Assembly: GCF_006345805.1 (NCBI RefSeq)
Contig: NC_042997.1
Coordinates: forward strand, 177,258,001 to 177,322,000
DNA: 64,000 bases
Source: Octopus sinensis
Lineage: Eukaryota
Direction of reading: 5' to 3'
Made by a program: the position numbers and the translations under genes. How positions within the stretch are numbered: the stretch's first letter is position 1; each line of letters opens with the position of its first letter. Under the pieces are notes generated by a model. That model did no database searches. It was not told where the DNA came from and worked only from the letters and a program-made list of their open reading frames with translations. This document shows, piece by piece, positions 1-14,213 of this stretch.

Positions 1-360
1 TAAAAAGGATTAAATATGAACACGTTCGTGTCTTCAATATGGAGAAACCTAAATTCATCCATCCATACAAGAAAAATATTTAATGACAATTATTTACACA
101 TTGTCTTATATATCACTCTGCATGAAAACCGGTTTGACTGGAACCCAATCACGAATTTACAATATAGAATTGTGATGAATCACAAGCTCGGACCGTACCA
201 TATGAATGCTTGGAGCTCTTCACTAATCTAAGTAATATTGTTAGCCTGGTGTGCCAATAGAGAGCTTATGAAGTAGTTTGTCTGGATTGATAATCCTTCG
301 CTATTAACTCAGGTTTAACATTTACACACATAGTTATACATAAACAAATTTTCGTGAATA

Positions 361-403
<43 letters not shown>

Positions 404-567
404 CAACAAAAGCGCAATAGAGGACAATAAGACATTCGGACAGATAGACGATAAACAGGCGGACAGGAGAAACAACAAGTAGGTCAGAGGAAAAAGAGGA
501 CGGGTCATTCGTGGACTTCTTTCCTCAATCAAGTTACCAGATGTCCTTATTGTATATATACACACAC

Positions 568-598
<31 letters not shown>

Positions 599-703
599 TA
601 TATATACACACATATATATATATAGTCTAAATCTACGTTAAATAGACTTAAGAAACATAAGTTTCAGTAGGAAATAAGTGTGGTGGGATGCTAGAGTTAT
701 TAG

Positions 704-821
704 GGGTACGGGATACAGGCATCCAGCAACAGGACCTCCGTAATGTCATGATGGACCGTGAAGTCTGGCGTAGCATGGTAAATTCCATTGTCTCGACCAC
801 GGTCGAACAATGATGATGATG
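704..821 (+). mobile_element. 5'-truncated RTE-clade LINE 3' end
   Basis: Encodes RDTGIQQQDLRNVMMDREVWRSMVNSIVSTTVEQ, followed by a (TGA)n tail. 11-bp TSD AGAGTTATTAG at 693-703 and 822-832. Confidence 0.8.
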
Positions 822-980
822 AGAGTTATTAGAAGTGGGGTACAAAGAGTGTTAAATAGGCAGTTTCACTTGATTACACATTAGAAGTAATGGCTCACAT
901 TTTATATTTAGCGATGAGTCGGCCCCTTGTTTTGGGGATATATTTTTAGACTTCAAATACCAACTTACATGCTGGCATAT

Positions 981-1027
<47 letters not shown>

Positions 1028-1207
1028 AAATTGAAAATAGAGAAACATACTTAAATCAATCAAACATCAACCATCAGATGATACCCAATCAATACTTTAT
1101 TACACCATTACATAACAGCAAAGGCATTATACAAAATATACTGTAAATATAATTAGACAAGGAAATAGAAATATAAAATATAAAATATAATATATAATAA
1201 TATCATA

Positions 1208-1318
1208 TCTGACAGCTGTTTCGGCCGTGAGGACAAGTATGCCTCATTTAACCTATAAGCCATATAAGGCAGGTATAAATGAGACATTAACAAGGATGTC
1301 CCACGGCCTCTTCAGAGA
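1208..1318 (-). ncRNA. Type I hammerhead ribozyme with long stem II (PLE-type)
   Basis: Minus strand: TCT CTGAAGA GGCCGTG-GGACA...TGTCC-T-CACGGCC GAAA CAGCTG TC|AGA. Palindromic stem III ACAGCTGT, GTC triplet, and an internal hairpin TGTCTCATTTA:TAAATGAGGCA. Confidence 0.85.
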
Positions 1319-1647
1319 ATTTAATTTATTATAAGTGTGAAAAAATTTTTTTACATATAAATATAAAAATATATATAATATAAAAATGTGTGCATAGACA
1401 CTCATAATACTACACATATATATATATACTCATTAATACAATAATACAAAATAAACAAAATATATCAAAATACATTAACAAACACAGTTATTCTACATAT
1501 TGGACTTCTAGTTCCATAACTAACCTCAAGGAAAATACATGCACACTCACATTTAAATTTAAATCAGACATATACATAAAAAATAATACAAAAACACACA
1601 GTTCAGTTCATAAAATTATAACCCTACAAAAGTCAATAAAAATTACT

Positions 1648-1700
<53 letters not shown>

Positions 1701-2809
1701 CAACCATGACTGTACCAAGTACATCAATCAGACATCTACATATCTATAAGTCTAATTCCTCTGTCCGCTTGATATTGATTATTCTAGATTGATTCGATTG
1801 GCTTATAGTTTTAAATTTGAATCACAAAGGAAATTTTACGGTTAGTTAGTCAAGAAACGCACATACGCACACGCACATCCACAGATCCATCGCACATACA
1901 TACATAATTATATGTATACACACACACATACACTCATACACATACATAGCCACAAACACAGCCAAACACATAAATAAATAAATAATATAAGAGGTATAAT
2001 CGTAACTATGCAGCCATCAAGCCTCTCTAAAACGACAACAATGCTGCTATATTAACTAAGAAGATCAACTCACATATTTCCATAAAATATTTATTATAAA
2101 GATACATATAATTATATCAAGACATAGAATGTAATTTTTCATAAGGTACACAATTCATATGGCACCGTATTTTCCATAGTCATAGTATTACATAACATAA
2201 CGTTTACTGATTTCACCGTAATTTGTTATAATCAAATATACGCTAAGTTATAAAGTATAGATTAAACATTTTTCTTTGACTATCAATAGACATAGAAACA
2301 TACATATACTAAATTGACATCGGTTTATAGCAATTAAATTATAAGAGATTAATTGTAAGAAGTCAAAATACGCAAATATTCTGGGATATGTAAACAAACA
2401 AGACAAGACAAAAATTTCTTTATAGCATAAATATATATCATTTCTACGTAATAAATCCAATGCCATTATAATACTAATATTTATCCATCAAAGAACCTAA
2501 CCTACGAACTAATAGAATTACACTCACATATACCTGCCCATAATAATACTCATGTATAACAACAGACATACACATACACGCCGTATATTTTCACATGTGA
2601 CATGCGAGTAAACATTCATAGTACTTATATATAAATATACTTTTAAGCATCAGTGGACACATAGATACAAATGTAATAATTAACAGGATTTGGCATTAAA
2701 TAATATCAGTGGAGGACTTACCAATACAATGGTATATAAGTAAATAACAAAAATTAAATTAATTATAAGTTAATAATTGTAATTACTTAAGATATATATA
2801 TATATATAA

Positions 2810-3140
2810 TTCGTCCTTAGTTGAAAGACACCTGTTGTTATGTCCTGTTATTATTTTTATTGTATTTATATTTGTGTAACATTGTACGTTTTTCCGTCCT
2901 TGTTTTCTTCCAAGGAATCTCAAGCTCTTAGCTTAGTTTTTCCTTGGGGCTGGCCAGATTGGACCAATCTCAAGAATAATCAGCTGAAATTGCGAGGATA
3001 ATCTGGTGCTTGACTGAGGAAAGAAAACTTCGAATGACCCGTCCTTGTTTTCTTTGTATCGTCTATCTGGATGTTTTGCTGTTCCTTTTTGTATCACCTA
3101 GCTGTCCGGATATTTTGTTGTTTTGTCCCATTTTGTATTT
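2810..3140 (+). repeat. Unclassified dispersed repeat between (TA)n tracts; related copy inverted at about 430-555
   Basis: Shared core atctggt-cttga-tgaggaaagaa...cgaatgacccgtcct in both copies. Confidence 0.5.
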
Positions 3141-3338
3141 TATATATATATATAATACTCATCTCGACTACAATTAAAAAGAACTGAAATAAATTTAAAT
3201 TTTTAAAACCTTCAGTGTGGATAAAATAAGAATGTAACCCCCTTTTATTCTGTCATTTGATGTGCGTTAAAAGAGGGATTCGCTTCACAAAGCGTTTCAT
3301 TGTGTGTTGCCTGTAAGACGTTTCAGCTTCTTCCTCTA

Positions 3339-3515
<177 letters not shown>

Positions 3516-3610
3516 TTAATAGTAGGGAATATAAAATTCCAAACTTACAGGAAAACATTCAATATAGTAATACTAAATCAAATTTCAAAATACTGTATAT
3601 AATATATGTA

Positions 3611-4226
3611 TATAATTAAGAGGCAAAATATCTATTAAGTAATTCAATTAATAATGAAAGATATTATCTATGATAAATCATATAAAAAGATTTTCAATAT
3701 GTTATAATAAATATTATTCTAAAAATTACTAAATTAAATAAATGCGCGTAGTCAATTTCATGTTTATTTAATTTAGTAATCTTTAGAATAATATTTATTA
3801 TAATATATTTAAAATCTTTGGCTCAGTGGTTAGAGCGTCGAGCTTACGATCGTGAGGTTGTGAGCTCGAATCCCGGTCCGGGTTGCATGTTGTGTTCTTG
3901 AGCAAGACACTTTATTTCACGTTGCTCCAGTTCACTCAGCTGTAGAAATGAGTTGCGACGTTACGGGTGCCAAGTTGTATCGGCCTTTGCCTTTCCCTTG
4001 GATAACACTGGTGGCGTGGAGAGGGGAGGCCGGTATGCATGGGCTACTGCTGGTCTTCCATAAACCACCTTGCCCGGACTTGTGACTAGGAGGGTAACTT
4101 TCTAGGTGCAATCCCATGGTCAGTGTCGTGACCGACGGGGGTCTCCCTGAAAATCTTTCATATGATTTATTATAGATAATCTTTCACTATTGAATTACTT
4201 AATAGAGGTTTTGCCTCTGAATTATA
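3611..4226. mobile_element. AT-rich foldback/MITE-like palindrome (~277 bp) interrupted by a SINE
   Basis: Left arm 3611-3742 pairs with 3763-3819 plus 4150-4226, around a ~20-bp loop. Confidence 0.7.
3820..4149 (+). mobile_element. tRNA-derived SINE, family D
   Basis: A box GGCTCAGTGG and B-like box CTCGAATCC; 9-bp TSD AAAATCTTT at 3811-3819 and 4150-4158; related copy at 42713-43045. Confidence 0.88.
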
Positions 4227-5580
4227 TAAAGATATATATATATATAATTTAAAAAAAACATGTAGTAAATAAACATACGAATATGTACCAAATACACGGA
4301 CGAACGGAAAACATAAATGGTCGCTAACTTCTCTTCAGTTATCGGCCAGAGAGTCAGGTTCAATTTCGGCCATTATCGATAATATTCTTTTCTACTCTAG
4401 GCACATGGCCCGAAATTTTCGGGGAGGGGCCCAGCCGATTAGATCGACCCCAGTACACAACTGGTACTTTATTTATCGACCCCTAAAGGATGAAAGGCAA
4501 AATCGAACTCGGCGGAATTTGAACTCAGAACATAAAGACAGGAATGGGACCAAAACGTAACAAAACGAGACGGGCTCGAGATGAGACCTTTAGTAGACGG
4601 ACAAGGGACCAAGCAATAAACAGAATAAAGGTTTAGGGCCAAAGGAAGACGACAATTAAAATGATAATAATACATATACAACAAAAAAAAAAAAGCCTTA
4701 GGGCTGCAAGACAATACAAAAATGGGTAACGCGAAAGAAAAATGAAAAACCGTCCTAGAGGACTATAGAGGGGTAGAGCGAAGGGCTCAGAAAATCGTGA
4801 TCAGTCTAATCGAAAGCAACGCAAAAAAGGACATCGCCTGAGGCCGTCACGGATCACGTGATAGTGGGAGGAGGGAAACAGAAAGACAGACAAAGAGAGA
4901 TATATAGAGATAGATAGAGAGAGAGAGAGGGTGAGAAAGGAAATAAGAGACTATTTCTACAAATGGGTAAAAATGTAGAGTGCGTGCGTACGCCTACGTC
5001 TTTATTTTTTCCTTTTACGTCGTAGTATGCATAGATCTATTTGTGTATGTATGTATATGTGTGTGTATGTGAGTCTGTGTGTGGGCGTGTGTGTGTGTAT
5101 TGTGTGTATGTATTATATATATATATATACATATATATATGTATGTATGTGTGCACGCATATATATATATATATGTGCATGCGCGCACACATACATATAC
5201 ACACATGCATGCATACGTACAAGCTTGTTTTTTTACAAAGTTTTTCTTGAATACACTCCGAGTCGAAAATATGACGATGAATTTCGTGCATAAACCTCGA
5301 AAGCACTTACATACAAAATATCTTCATATTCCGCATAAGGTTTGTGTAAATCTTTTTTTAAAAGAAGTTTTAGATAATTTCTAATTTCAAAATTCTTTGA
5401 AGCATCCTGAATTCATCACGAACTTATTAAAGGAAAACACACGTACATACAAACTCACACAAATACGCATACATATTTATATGTACATATATCAATCTAT
5501 ATGCTCACGTAATTTGGGATTTATCCACGTTTTTTTAGAGAAATATGCTTAAAGGTAGAGTCTGTACATGTATAAATACA

Positions 5581-5637
<57 letters not shown>

Positions 5638-5741
5638 CATTTTACGTAGTAGAATGTACAGATTTATTTGTGTGTGCATGTATGTGTGTATGTGTGTGTG
5701 TGTGAGTCTATGTGTATTGTGTGTATGCATTATATATATGT

Positions 5742-6118
5742 GGAAGCGCAATGACCCGGTGGTTAGGGCAGCAGACTCGCGGCCGTAGGATCGTGGTTTC
5801 GATTCCCATACCGGGCGTTGCGAGTGTTTATTGAGTGAAAACACCTAAAGCTCCTCGAGGCTCCGGCAGGGGGTGGTGGCGGATCCTACCGTACCTTTTT
5901 CACCCCAACTTTCTCTCACTCTTTTCTCTTGTACCTATATTTTGAAGGGCCAGCCTTGTCACACTCTGTGTCATGCTGAATCTCCCCGAGAAATATATTA
6001 AGGGTACACGTGTCTGTGGAGTGCTCAGCCACTTGCACGTTAATTTTACGAGAAGGCTGTTCCGATGATTGGATCAGCTGGAACCCTACCCTCATCGTCT
6101 GAACCGACGGAATGCCAC
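5742..6118 (+). mobile_element. tRNA-derived SINE, family C
   Basis: A box TGACCCGGTGG and B box GTTTCGATTCC; collinear with the inverted copy at 49205-49578. Confidence 0.85.
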
Positions 6119-6123
6119 GAGAT

Positions 6124-6202
<79 letters not shown>

Positions 6203-6899
6203 GTGTGTGTATTAATAGTAATGGTAAGACAACAAAAGAATGAAAGAGACCTCGATATTATGTAAATAGAGCAATTTAACTGTAATATAATATGTGACAA
6301 TTATTTGGTTCCCATAATAAAACTCTGAGTTTCGGATACTTCTTGCGTCTGTGAAACTTCTGTAATGCAAACCTGGATCAAATTATGATAACAAATATTT
6401 AGCAGCCACGATATATATTGAATGATATTCTCTTTGTTTGTACTCATATGTATATCTGTACATTTGCATGTATATATATATATATATACATGCGCATGCA
6501 CAGATATACATATGTATATATGTATAGGGGAAAAGTAAAAAAAAAAGAGAGAATGCACATTGGATATAAAAAATAAATGCTTTTATTATGAAACGTAAAG
6601 ATATATACATAAGCAATTAGATGAATTTAGGTAGAATTTGGAAGTATAAACGTCATTATATTATCTTATTATAAATTATTACAGAGATTCAAAATCATAC
6701 TGGTATCGTCAAAAGCTGTTCACTGGCTGTGAATGAACACCGATTTCCAAACGGTGTCGGGTCTAACAGTACCTGAGTGAAAAGATTACATGCAAAGGAG
6801 GTGAGCAGTTCTGGAAGTGATGTAATTAAGGTAGATAGAAAATACTGGAATATGAATGGTCATAGGATGTATGGAAATTAGTGGTATTATTGGTAAGGT

Positions 6900-7665
6900 T
6901 AGTAGTGTCCTGTATTAAGTTGTGTATTCATGCTGAGTTGTGGATGATATTTATTAATAAAAGTTGCCTCTTTATTTAATCTTTGCTGTACTGAGGTGTT
7001 CTGTGAACGTTGATAGACAGGGATAATTAGGAAGTTCGATTTAAGGCTCCTAGCACATCTTTCTATGTGTTTACTGACCTGTATCTGTCTGTATTTGTGG
7101 GGAGCGGATTTGTTCTTTGTGAAGGGTTGATTTTGGATGATGATGTTGAAGACCTCATTGTTTCTAGGGTTGTGTGTGGAGATGTATGGTGATATTTTAA
7201 AGTCTGGTGTAGTATTTCGGTTGACTTCCCTTAATGTTCGTATTTCTATTTCCTTTGCTCGTTTGATCCCATCATTTATTAATGATATTAAGTAATATCT
7301 CTTGATTAGTATTGATTTGAGTTCAAGGAGTCTTCGTTCACGAGTATTAGTGTCCGAAACTATGGTACAGATTCTTTTCGCTGGGTTATAAGGTATATTA
7401 ATTTTTATGTTTGAGTTGGCATGAGTTGAATAATAGGTATTGTTTTGAATCTTTGGGTTTATAGAAGATGCCCGTTTCGATGTGGTTATTGACTATTTTA
7501 ATTAGGATGTCAAGAAAAGGAAGCTGTTTATTGCTGTGCTCCATGGTGAATTGTATGTAGCTATTGATATTGTTGAGCATTATTATGAAATCAAAGAGTT
7601 TGTCCATGCTATCTTTCCAAAGTATAAAGCAATCATCTAAATACCTCTTCCAGTTCTTTTTTCTT
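6900..7665 (-). pseudogene. Decayed Penelope/Poseidon-type RT remnant
   Basis: WKRYLDDCFILW...IQFTMEHSNKQLPFLDILI...FYKPKDSKQYLLFNSC, then NIPYNPAKRICTIVS and KEATFINKYHPQLS. Confidence 0.8.
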
Positions 7666-7730
7666 TTTATTTTCCCCCTATTTATACCACTTGTCCTTTT
7701 TCTTTGAAACCTTTTTCTATTATATATATA

Positions 7731-7867
<137 letters not shown>

Positions 7868-8828
7868 CTATATTTGTGTTTGTGCGCATGTATAAGAGAC
7901 TTTCCCTATTTCTCTTTAAATACACTTATGCAAACATATGCAACCACAGATATATCTGTGTATGTATAAATATAGTATGTGTGAACTAGACAGACAGACA
8001 GACAGGCAGATAGATAGATAGATAGATAAATGGAGGTGAGAAAATGGGGGACAGAGAGAGAGGGGAGGGACAGAGAGAGGAGACAGCATTGTAAGCAACA
8101 TGATATTTAGGTTATCTTGTGTCTGACGAGTACCGGGATTCCTTTCTTGGAAAAAAAGAAAAAAAATACAACACCCACACATTTCTACATTGAGGTAACA
8201 TCTGGTGAACTCATTGAATATTGAACACTGAAAGGAAAACAAAGATAAAGTGAACGTTTGTCATTCAGTTCATGTTTTGATTAAATCACAGGATGCCATG
8301 GTGACTAAACACGACGGGAGTCGCTATTATTCAAACAGATGGTTCCACTGTATGAAAAATATGACATTTGAATAAATGTTTTAATGCTGTTGTCGTTGTT
8401 GTTTAGACCCCCAAGTTAACCTTGATAAAGCATACCTATAATGAAAGACATCACACAGACGTGACCATCCTGTCTGTGAAGTCATATATCATTACATTTT
8501 CCAATGCGTCCTTTCATATAGTAAGGTGGTATGTAGGTGGTATGTACTATGTATTTTGAGGGAGATTTGCTTTCTACTTCTAAGGAAGTAGGCCTAATCC
8601 TTTACACGGTTCAAGACCACCATCTAGCTTTGGAATGTCTTTAGCTTAGTTTATAGGTGTAATTTATCTCCCAGTTTAACACACTACTGCAATCTCGAGT
8701 ACCTTTGAGGGAGTACACACACAGTAGCTCGTTTAGGGTCCAGGTCGCCAGTTTGAGGATAATTCCCACCCTACCTCTTGGTATTCCGAGAACGTCTAAA
8801 ATGTTTTGTGAGCGTTGTTCTTGGCTAC

Positions 8829-10083
8829 ACACCGCAAAAACAAATAATAAATTTCTATTTATCAACTGTTATTGTTATCTTATTGCAAAATAAATACAAA
8901 ATATTGAATCAATTCGCCTTGAGTGATGAATTGTCAATGAAACAATTCATTTTATATTTTGCTGTTGTGTAACCCTAGGTCAGTCTCGTTCTGAGAGATC
9001 TACAAAAAAGGCAGTCTTACCCAGTCTTACCGCTATCATCCCTTCTGTTTTGTTTTTGTTTTTTCCTCGGAAAAAAGAATAGACAAATTATCCAGTAAGT
9101 CCCAAAATGTCCCTTTTGTGTGATATTGCATAGGCTCGTTTTGTAGCTCAACTTAAATGGAGTACTGCAATTATAAGGGCATCGATTGGTTAAGGTTGAC
9201 CAAGAATCTGCACTTATGGCAGGCCTGGGCAAAGACTTTTTATAGAAGATTGACAGCTACTCATATATGCAAGTTTCTTCCTTTCAACCACCGATTGTTG
9301 GCTAGGTAAAATGTTATAATTTTAGTGCCGGTACAGTTTGGCAAGATAGAGTCGTAACATGCATTACTGTCAAATCACAAAGGGCTGGGACAGATATCGC
9401 AAAGAATCTTCACTGGTGCTTTAACAGTCCTGCCAATCCACGGCACTGAATTGGGACAATTTAGAGACTTAGAAATTATGAAAGGTGACGTTAACTTTAG
9501 CGGAATTCGAAGAACGAGCGCAGAGAGTCCGAACAAATACCGTGAGCTATTCTACCCAAACTTCCAGAGCTTTGGATTCGCCGTCTTATTACTAAGGTAA
9601 ATAAAACAGAATTCATAAAACTCCAAATAGGTGTCAATTTATTGAAATGTATTTCAATGGGAGTTCCAATACAGAATATTTGAAAAGATCTGAAACTAAC
9701 ATAACAATTCTATAATCGTTTCACCAACGTACACTGTCTTTGTATTAAGATCATTTCCCATTCGACCTAGGCCGGGAGCCCTCAGGTGGTGGCACAACCT
9801 ACAAAAATTATAAATCAAATTACTCTCAAAACAATATAAATAATCAGCCCTCTTAGAAATAATGATGACACATTGGACCAAGTGACCTCCAGTGCCCTAG
9901 CCTCCAGGGAATCAAAATGCGTGGAACATGAGCTAAACAACATTAAGATTAATGACCATTACTATTTTTCGAGATTCACGTTATCTTGCACATCATATTA
10001 AATGTTGGTGAATTTCTTCTGTTTTGATATCCATATCAGATATGCATAATTATGTTATTTACTAACGAGCAAAGAAGAGAGAG

Positions 10084-10125
<42 letters not shown>

Positions 10126-11353
10126 AATCAAATCATTAAATCCTAAAAACGGTCGGACACAACAGATAATGTAGCTCTTGATACGCTATCTTTAAATAAA
10201 TAAAAGATGAAATGGCCGCAGCTGGAATAGTTTTGATCATGAGATTGCTCGATAACAGCAGTCTAACTGCAAATTATTTAAGCATTTATGAGCATCTACT
10301 TTCAAATATTGGTTACATGTAAGGACACAAGACTAGCAATTTCGGGGAAGCGATTAAGTCAATTCCATTGGCCTCAGTTCTCAAATGGTACTTATTTTAT
10401 CGACCTTGAAAGGATGAAAGGTAAAGTTGACTTCGGCTGAACATAAAGACGGACGAAATGCTGCTAAGCATTTTCCCCGGCATACTAACGATTCTGCCAG
10501 CTCGGTGCCTTAGATCCTCATTCAAATATTGCCATGAAATTCAAGCCAACCAGAACGCTTTTACTTGATGGCTCGACTCGCTACCAGAAGCAGCCAAATC
10601 AATTTCAAATCAAAATCCACAGTCTTAACCAAAAAAAGATACATATCGAACGTCTTAAATATTCAGCTACAACGTGGGAGTCTCGATCTAGTCTAGAAGT
10701 AGCAGTCAATTCTCACTAAATCTTTAGCGGGATTTTTAAAAATGAAAACGAAAGGACAATAAGACATAGTCCTAGATATGCAAATAGATGGCATGATTGT
10801 GGCTAAAGCACTTCTGAGTATCTGAATTTTCATTCATTACTGATTCAGGGCTCTGGGAAAAAAAACAGCCATGCAATTTGGTAGGGTACGTGTAAATTTA
10901 CAATGAGATGTGATGTAAATGACAGGAAGTATCAGATTAGCAGGGAGAGCGGGTAACAGCTTTGATAAAATGTGTGGTTTCATAATATATATAATACGCG
11001 CAACAACAATGAGACCGGCAAGTAATCTTTGCTAAATTTCTCTCTCAAGTCGCTGCCTTAGAAAAAAGGGACATTTCGAGACTTACTGGATAATTTATCT
11101 ATTCTTTGTTCCGAGGAAAAAAACAAAAACAAAACAGAAGGGATGATAGCGGTAAGACTGGGTAAGACTGCCTTTTTTGTAGATCTCTCAGAACGAGACT
11201 GACCTAGGGTTAAACAACGGCAAAATATAAAATGAATTGTTTCATTGACAATTCATCACTCAAGGCGAATTGATTCAATATCTTGTATTTATTTTGCAAT
11301 AAGATAACAATAACAGTTGATAAATAGAAATGTATTATTTGTTTTTGCGGTGT
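8829..11353. repeat. Inverted duplication of ~290 bp (8829-9117 and 11064-11353)
   Basis: Reverse-complement match, about 95% identical by eye; the same peptide appears in ORFs 8778+ and 11210-. Confidence 0.9.
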
Positions 11354-12104
11354 TGATATTAATATCAGTTTACTGGTAATACGGGTTTTTACCAATAATT
11401 GCAATGAAATTGTTAATAACAAATCTTAGTTTATAAACTGTGTAATGTATGTAGACAGATACTAGCTTAACATTATGAATAGAATTTGGTATCAAAATAA
11501 TAGAATGGAAACAGTTCAATATCACAGCGCTGGCATCCTTTATATATAAATGTGTGTGTGAAGGCTAAGGTGCTGCACTTACGATCGCAAGATTGTAGTT
11601 TCGGTGCCTAGATGGGCGGTGTATTATGTTTTTGAGCAAAAATTCTTTATTCCACCTTGCTCTAATCCTCTCAGCAACGTACTAGCTTTCTGTCCAGCGG
11701 CAATGTTGGCCGACGTGCTTAGTCAGCGGGATGATATTTTTCCAAACCTACAACCTTTTTGGAATCAGGATGATCCCGGGACTGAAAATCTGTCATTCAT
11801 TTGGTTTTTGAACATCCAACATTGAGATCTTATTTAAAAAACATTCGGGTTGCTATTTCTAGCAGGTGAAGTTTTACTAAGAAATTTAGTGGTTCTTTTA
11901 TCTTTTTCAGTCTCCAGTCTGCGACCACGCAGGGGCACCGCCTTAAAGAATTTTAATCGAACAAATCAACACAAGTTCTTTCTTTTTATACGTGGTACTT
12001 ATTTTATTGACCTCTTTTACCGAACCGCTAAGTTACGTAAACGTAAATACATTAACACGAGTTATCAAGCGGTAATGGGGGAGGGTAAGCACAGTCACAA
12101 AGCC

Positions 12105-12150
<46 letters not shown>

Positions 12151-12170
12151 ATATAATATATATATATATA

Positions 12171-12337
12171 GGCGCAAGCGTGGCCGTGTGGTAGAGGAAG
12201 CTTGTTCCCCAACCACGTTGTTCCGGGTTCAGTCACACTGCGTGGGACTTTAGGCAAGTATCTTCTACTATAGCCTCGGGCCGACCAAAGGCTTGTGAGT
12301 GGATTTAGTAGACGGAAACTGAAAGAGGCCCGTTGTA
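12171..12337 (+). mobile_element. SINE family A, 5' half, followed by an expanded (TA/TATG)n core
   Basis: ggcgcaagcgtggccgtgtggta...ggcaagtatcttctactatagcctcgggccgaccaaagg...gacggaaactgaaagaggcccg. Confidence 0.8.
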
Positions 12338-12363
12338 TATATATATGTATATATGTGTATATG

Positions 12364-12396
<33 letters not shown>

Positions 12397-12584
12397 GTAT
12401 ATGTATATGTATATATATATATATGTATATGTATATATATGTATATGTATATGTATATGTATATATATGTATATGTGTATATATATATATATATATGTAT
12501 GTATATATATATTATATATATATATGTAATATATATATTGTATATATATATATATATTATATATATATATATATGTATATAATT

Positions 12585-12742
12585 TCAACAATTGAGGGTA
12601 AAATTAATTAATTATTAATCAATTTCACCAAGTATTCAGTATGTAAAGGACCATTTAAGGCGAATTCAAATTATTACATTATATAAAAGGGCTTAGTAAA
12701 ATAATGTGGCAAAGTAATTTATTTTACTAAGCCCTTTTATAT
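12585..12742 (-). mobile_element. Short 5'-inverted fragment of the same tandem family
   Basis: 12585-12704 matches the unit junction (tcaacaattgagggtaaaatt...gggcttagtaaaataa). 12705-12742 is its inverted start. Both flanks are (TA)n. Confidence 0.8.
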
Positions 12743-13774
12743 ATATGTATATATATATATATATGTATATTATATATGTATATATATATAATATATATAT
12801 ATATATAATATATATATATATATATTAAGGGTAGCTTCTTTTGTGTTTAAATGTACACTAATTTCATATATATATATATAATATATATATATTATATATA
12901 TATATATATCTTCCATGATAATACTACTAAGTTTCTTAATTCTTTGGCTACTCCTGGAATGACTTCTCACAAACTGGGCCGCAGTTCCAATTAACCCTCT
13001 CTAGGAGCTCCATGCGGAGGGCGACTTTTAAGCTAGTTATCAATATAGGAATTACTCTACATAGCTTGTTTGAGAATTAATTGTCTTGTCTTTGGCAGTG
13101 TAATATATCATTCTTTGCTATTCTCTTATGTTTAATACCCGTTTATTTATTTTATACTTTTATCATTAAGCTATCTTGAATTATACTTATTTCTCCTTAG
13201 ATACATGTATACGTGCATTCTACCCTATCTCATTTCCATTTATCTTTTGTCTATTTTTCCATTCTTTCTGTCTTTTTTGTTGTGGTGCTCTGTGGCTTTA
13301 CTTATGCAGTCTGTTATGTATAGTGTAATTGGAAACTACTAATGTATTTCAGTTGTAAAACATTCGTCAGTGGTACCTCAGGGTCGCAATCCAAAAGACC
13401 CCGTGAAAAAAGAGTCAGTGACAAAACAAAAATTAAAAATAAATGAATCCCACTTTCAGTATGGCAACAACGAAATTTTAAAAAAAATCATAAATGAAAC
13501 TTCGACATGTGACAAGGTTTTCACGTTCTCTGCTCGATCTGTTTATTTGCTTTTTTTTTTTCCTTCTTTGAGTGGGATGCATTATTGATAGATGTGTGAT
13601 TGAAACATAACAACACACGGCTATTTTCCAAAATATAGTTCAAGTTATCGACATAGTCATTAATTTCACAGTCAAACGTAAGAAATACGAACAAAGCATT
13701 AAAAGAAAAGTAAAAAAAACATACAATCAATACTTTGTCCCATAAACCCATATACTATTATGGCTGTTCTTCTT

Positions 13775-13799
13775 GCTATTATTATTATTATCATTATTA

Positions 13800-13845
<46 letters not shown>

Positions 13846-14016
13846 CATTATTATTATTATCATTATTATTATTATTACTATTATTATTATCATTATTATC
13901 ATCATTATTATTATTATTTTTATTATTATTATCATCATCATCGTCATCGAATCATCGTCGTTATTATCATTGTTATTATTATTGTTATTATTATTGTTAT
14001 TATTATTATTATTATC

Positions 14017-14063
<47 letters not shown>

Positions 14064-14154
14064 CATCATTATTATCATTATTATTATTTTTATTATTATC
14101 ATCATCATCGTCATTATCATTGTTATTATTATTGTTATTATTATTATTATTATC

Positions 14155-14213
<59 letters not shown>

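Noticed and set aside
3005-3045. CTGAGGA...CGAATGACCCGTC as a hammerhead
   Set aside because: No GAAA box, no stem I pairing, and the sister copy near 500 lacks the CTGA core.
5742-5815. tRNA gene calls for SINE heads (also 3820, 49500)
   Set aside because: A and B boxes are present but continue into shared SINE bodies; no full cloverleaf or terminator.
7916-8400. Minus-strand exons suggested by strong acceptors near 8148, 8228 and 8345
   Set aside because: Stops soon after the acceptors in most frames and no good donors.
13335-13375. CTGACGA...GAAA on minus
   Set aside because: No convincing stem II, stem III or cleavage triplet with stem I.
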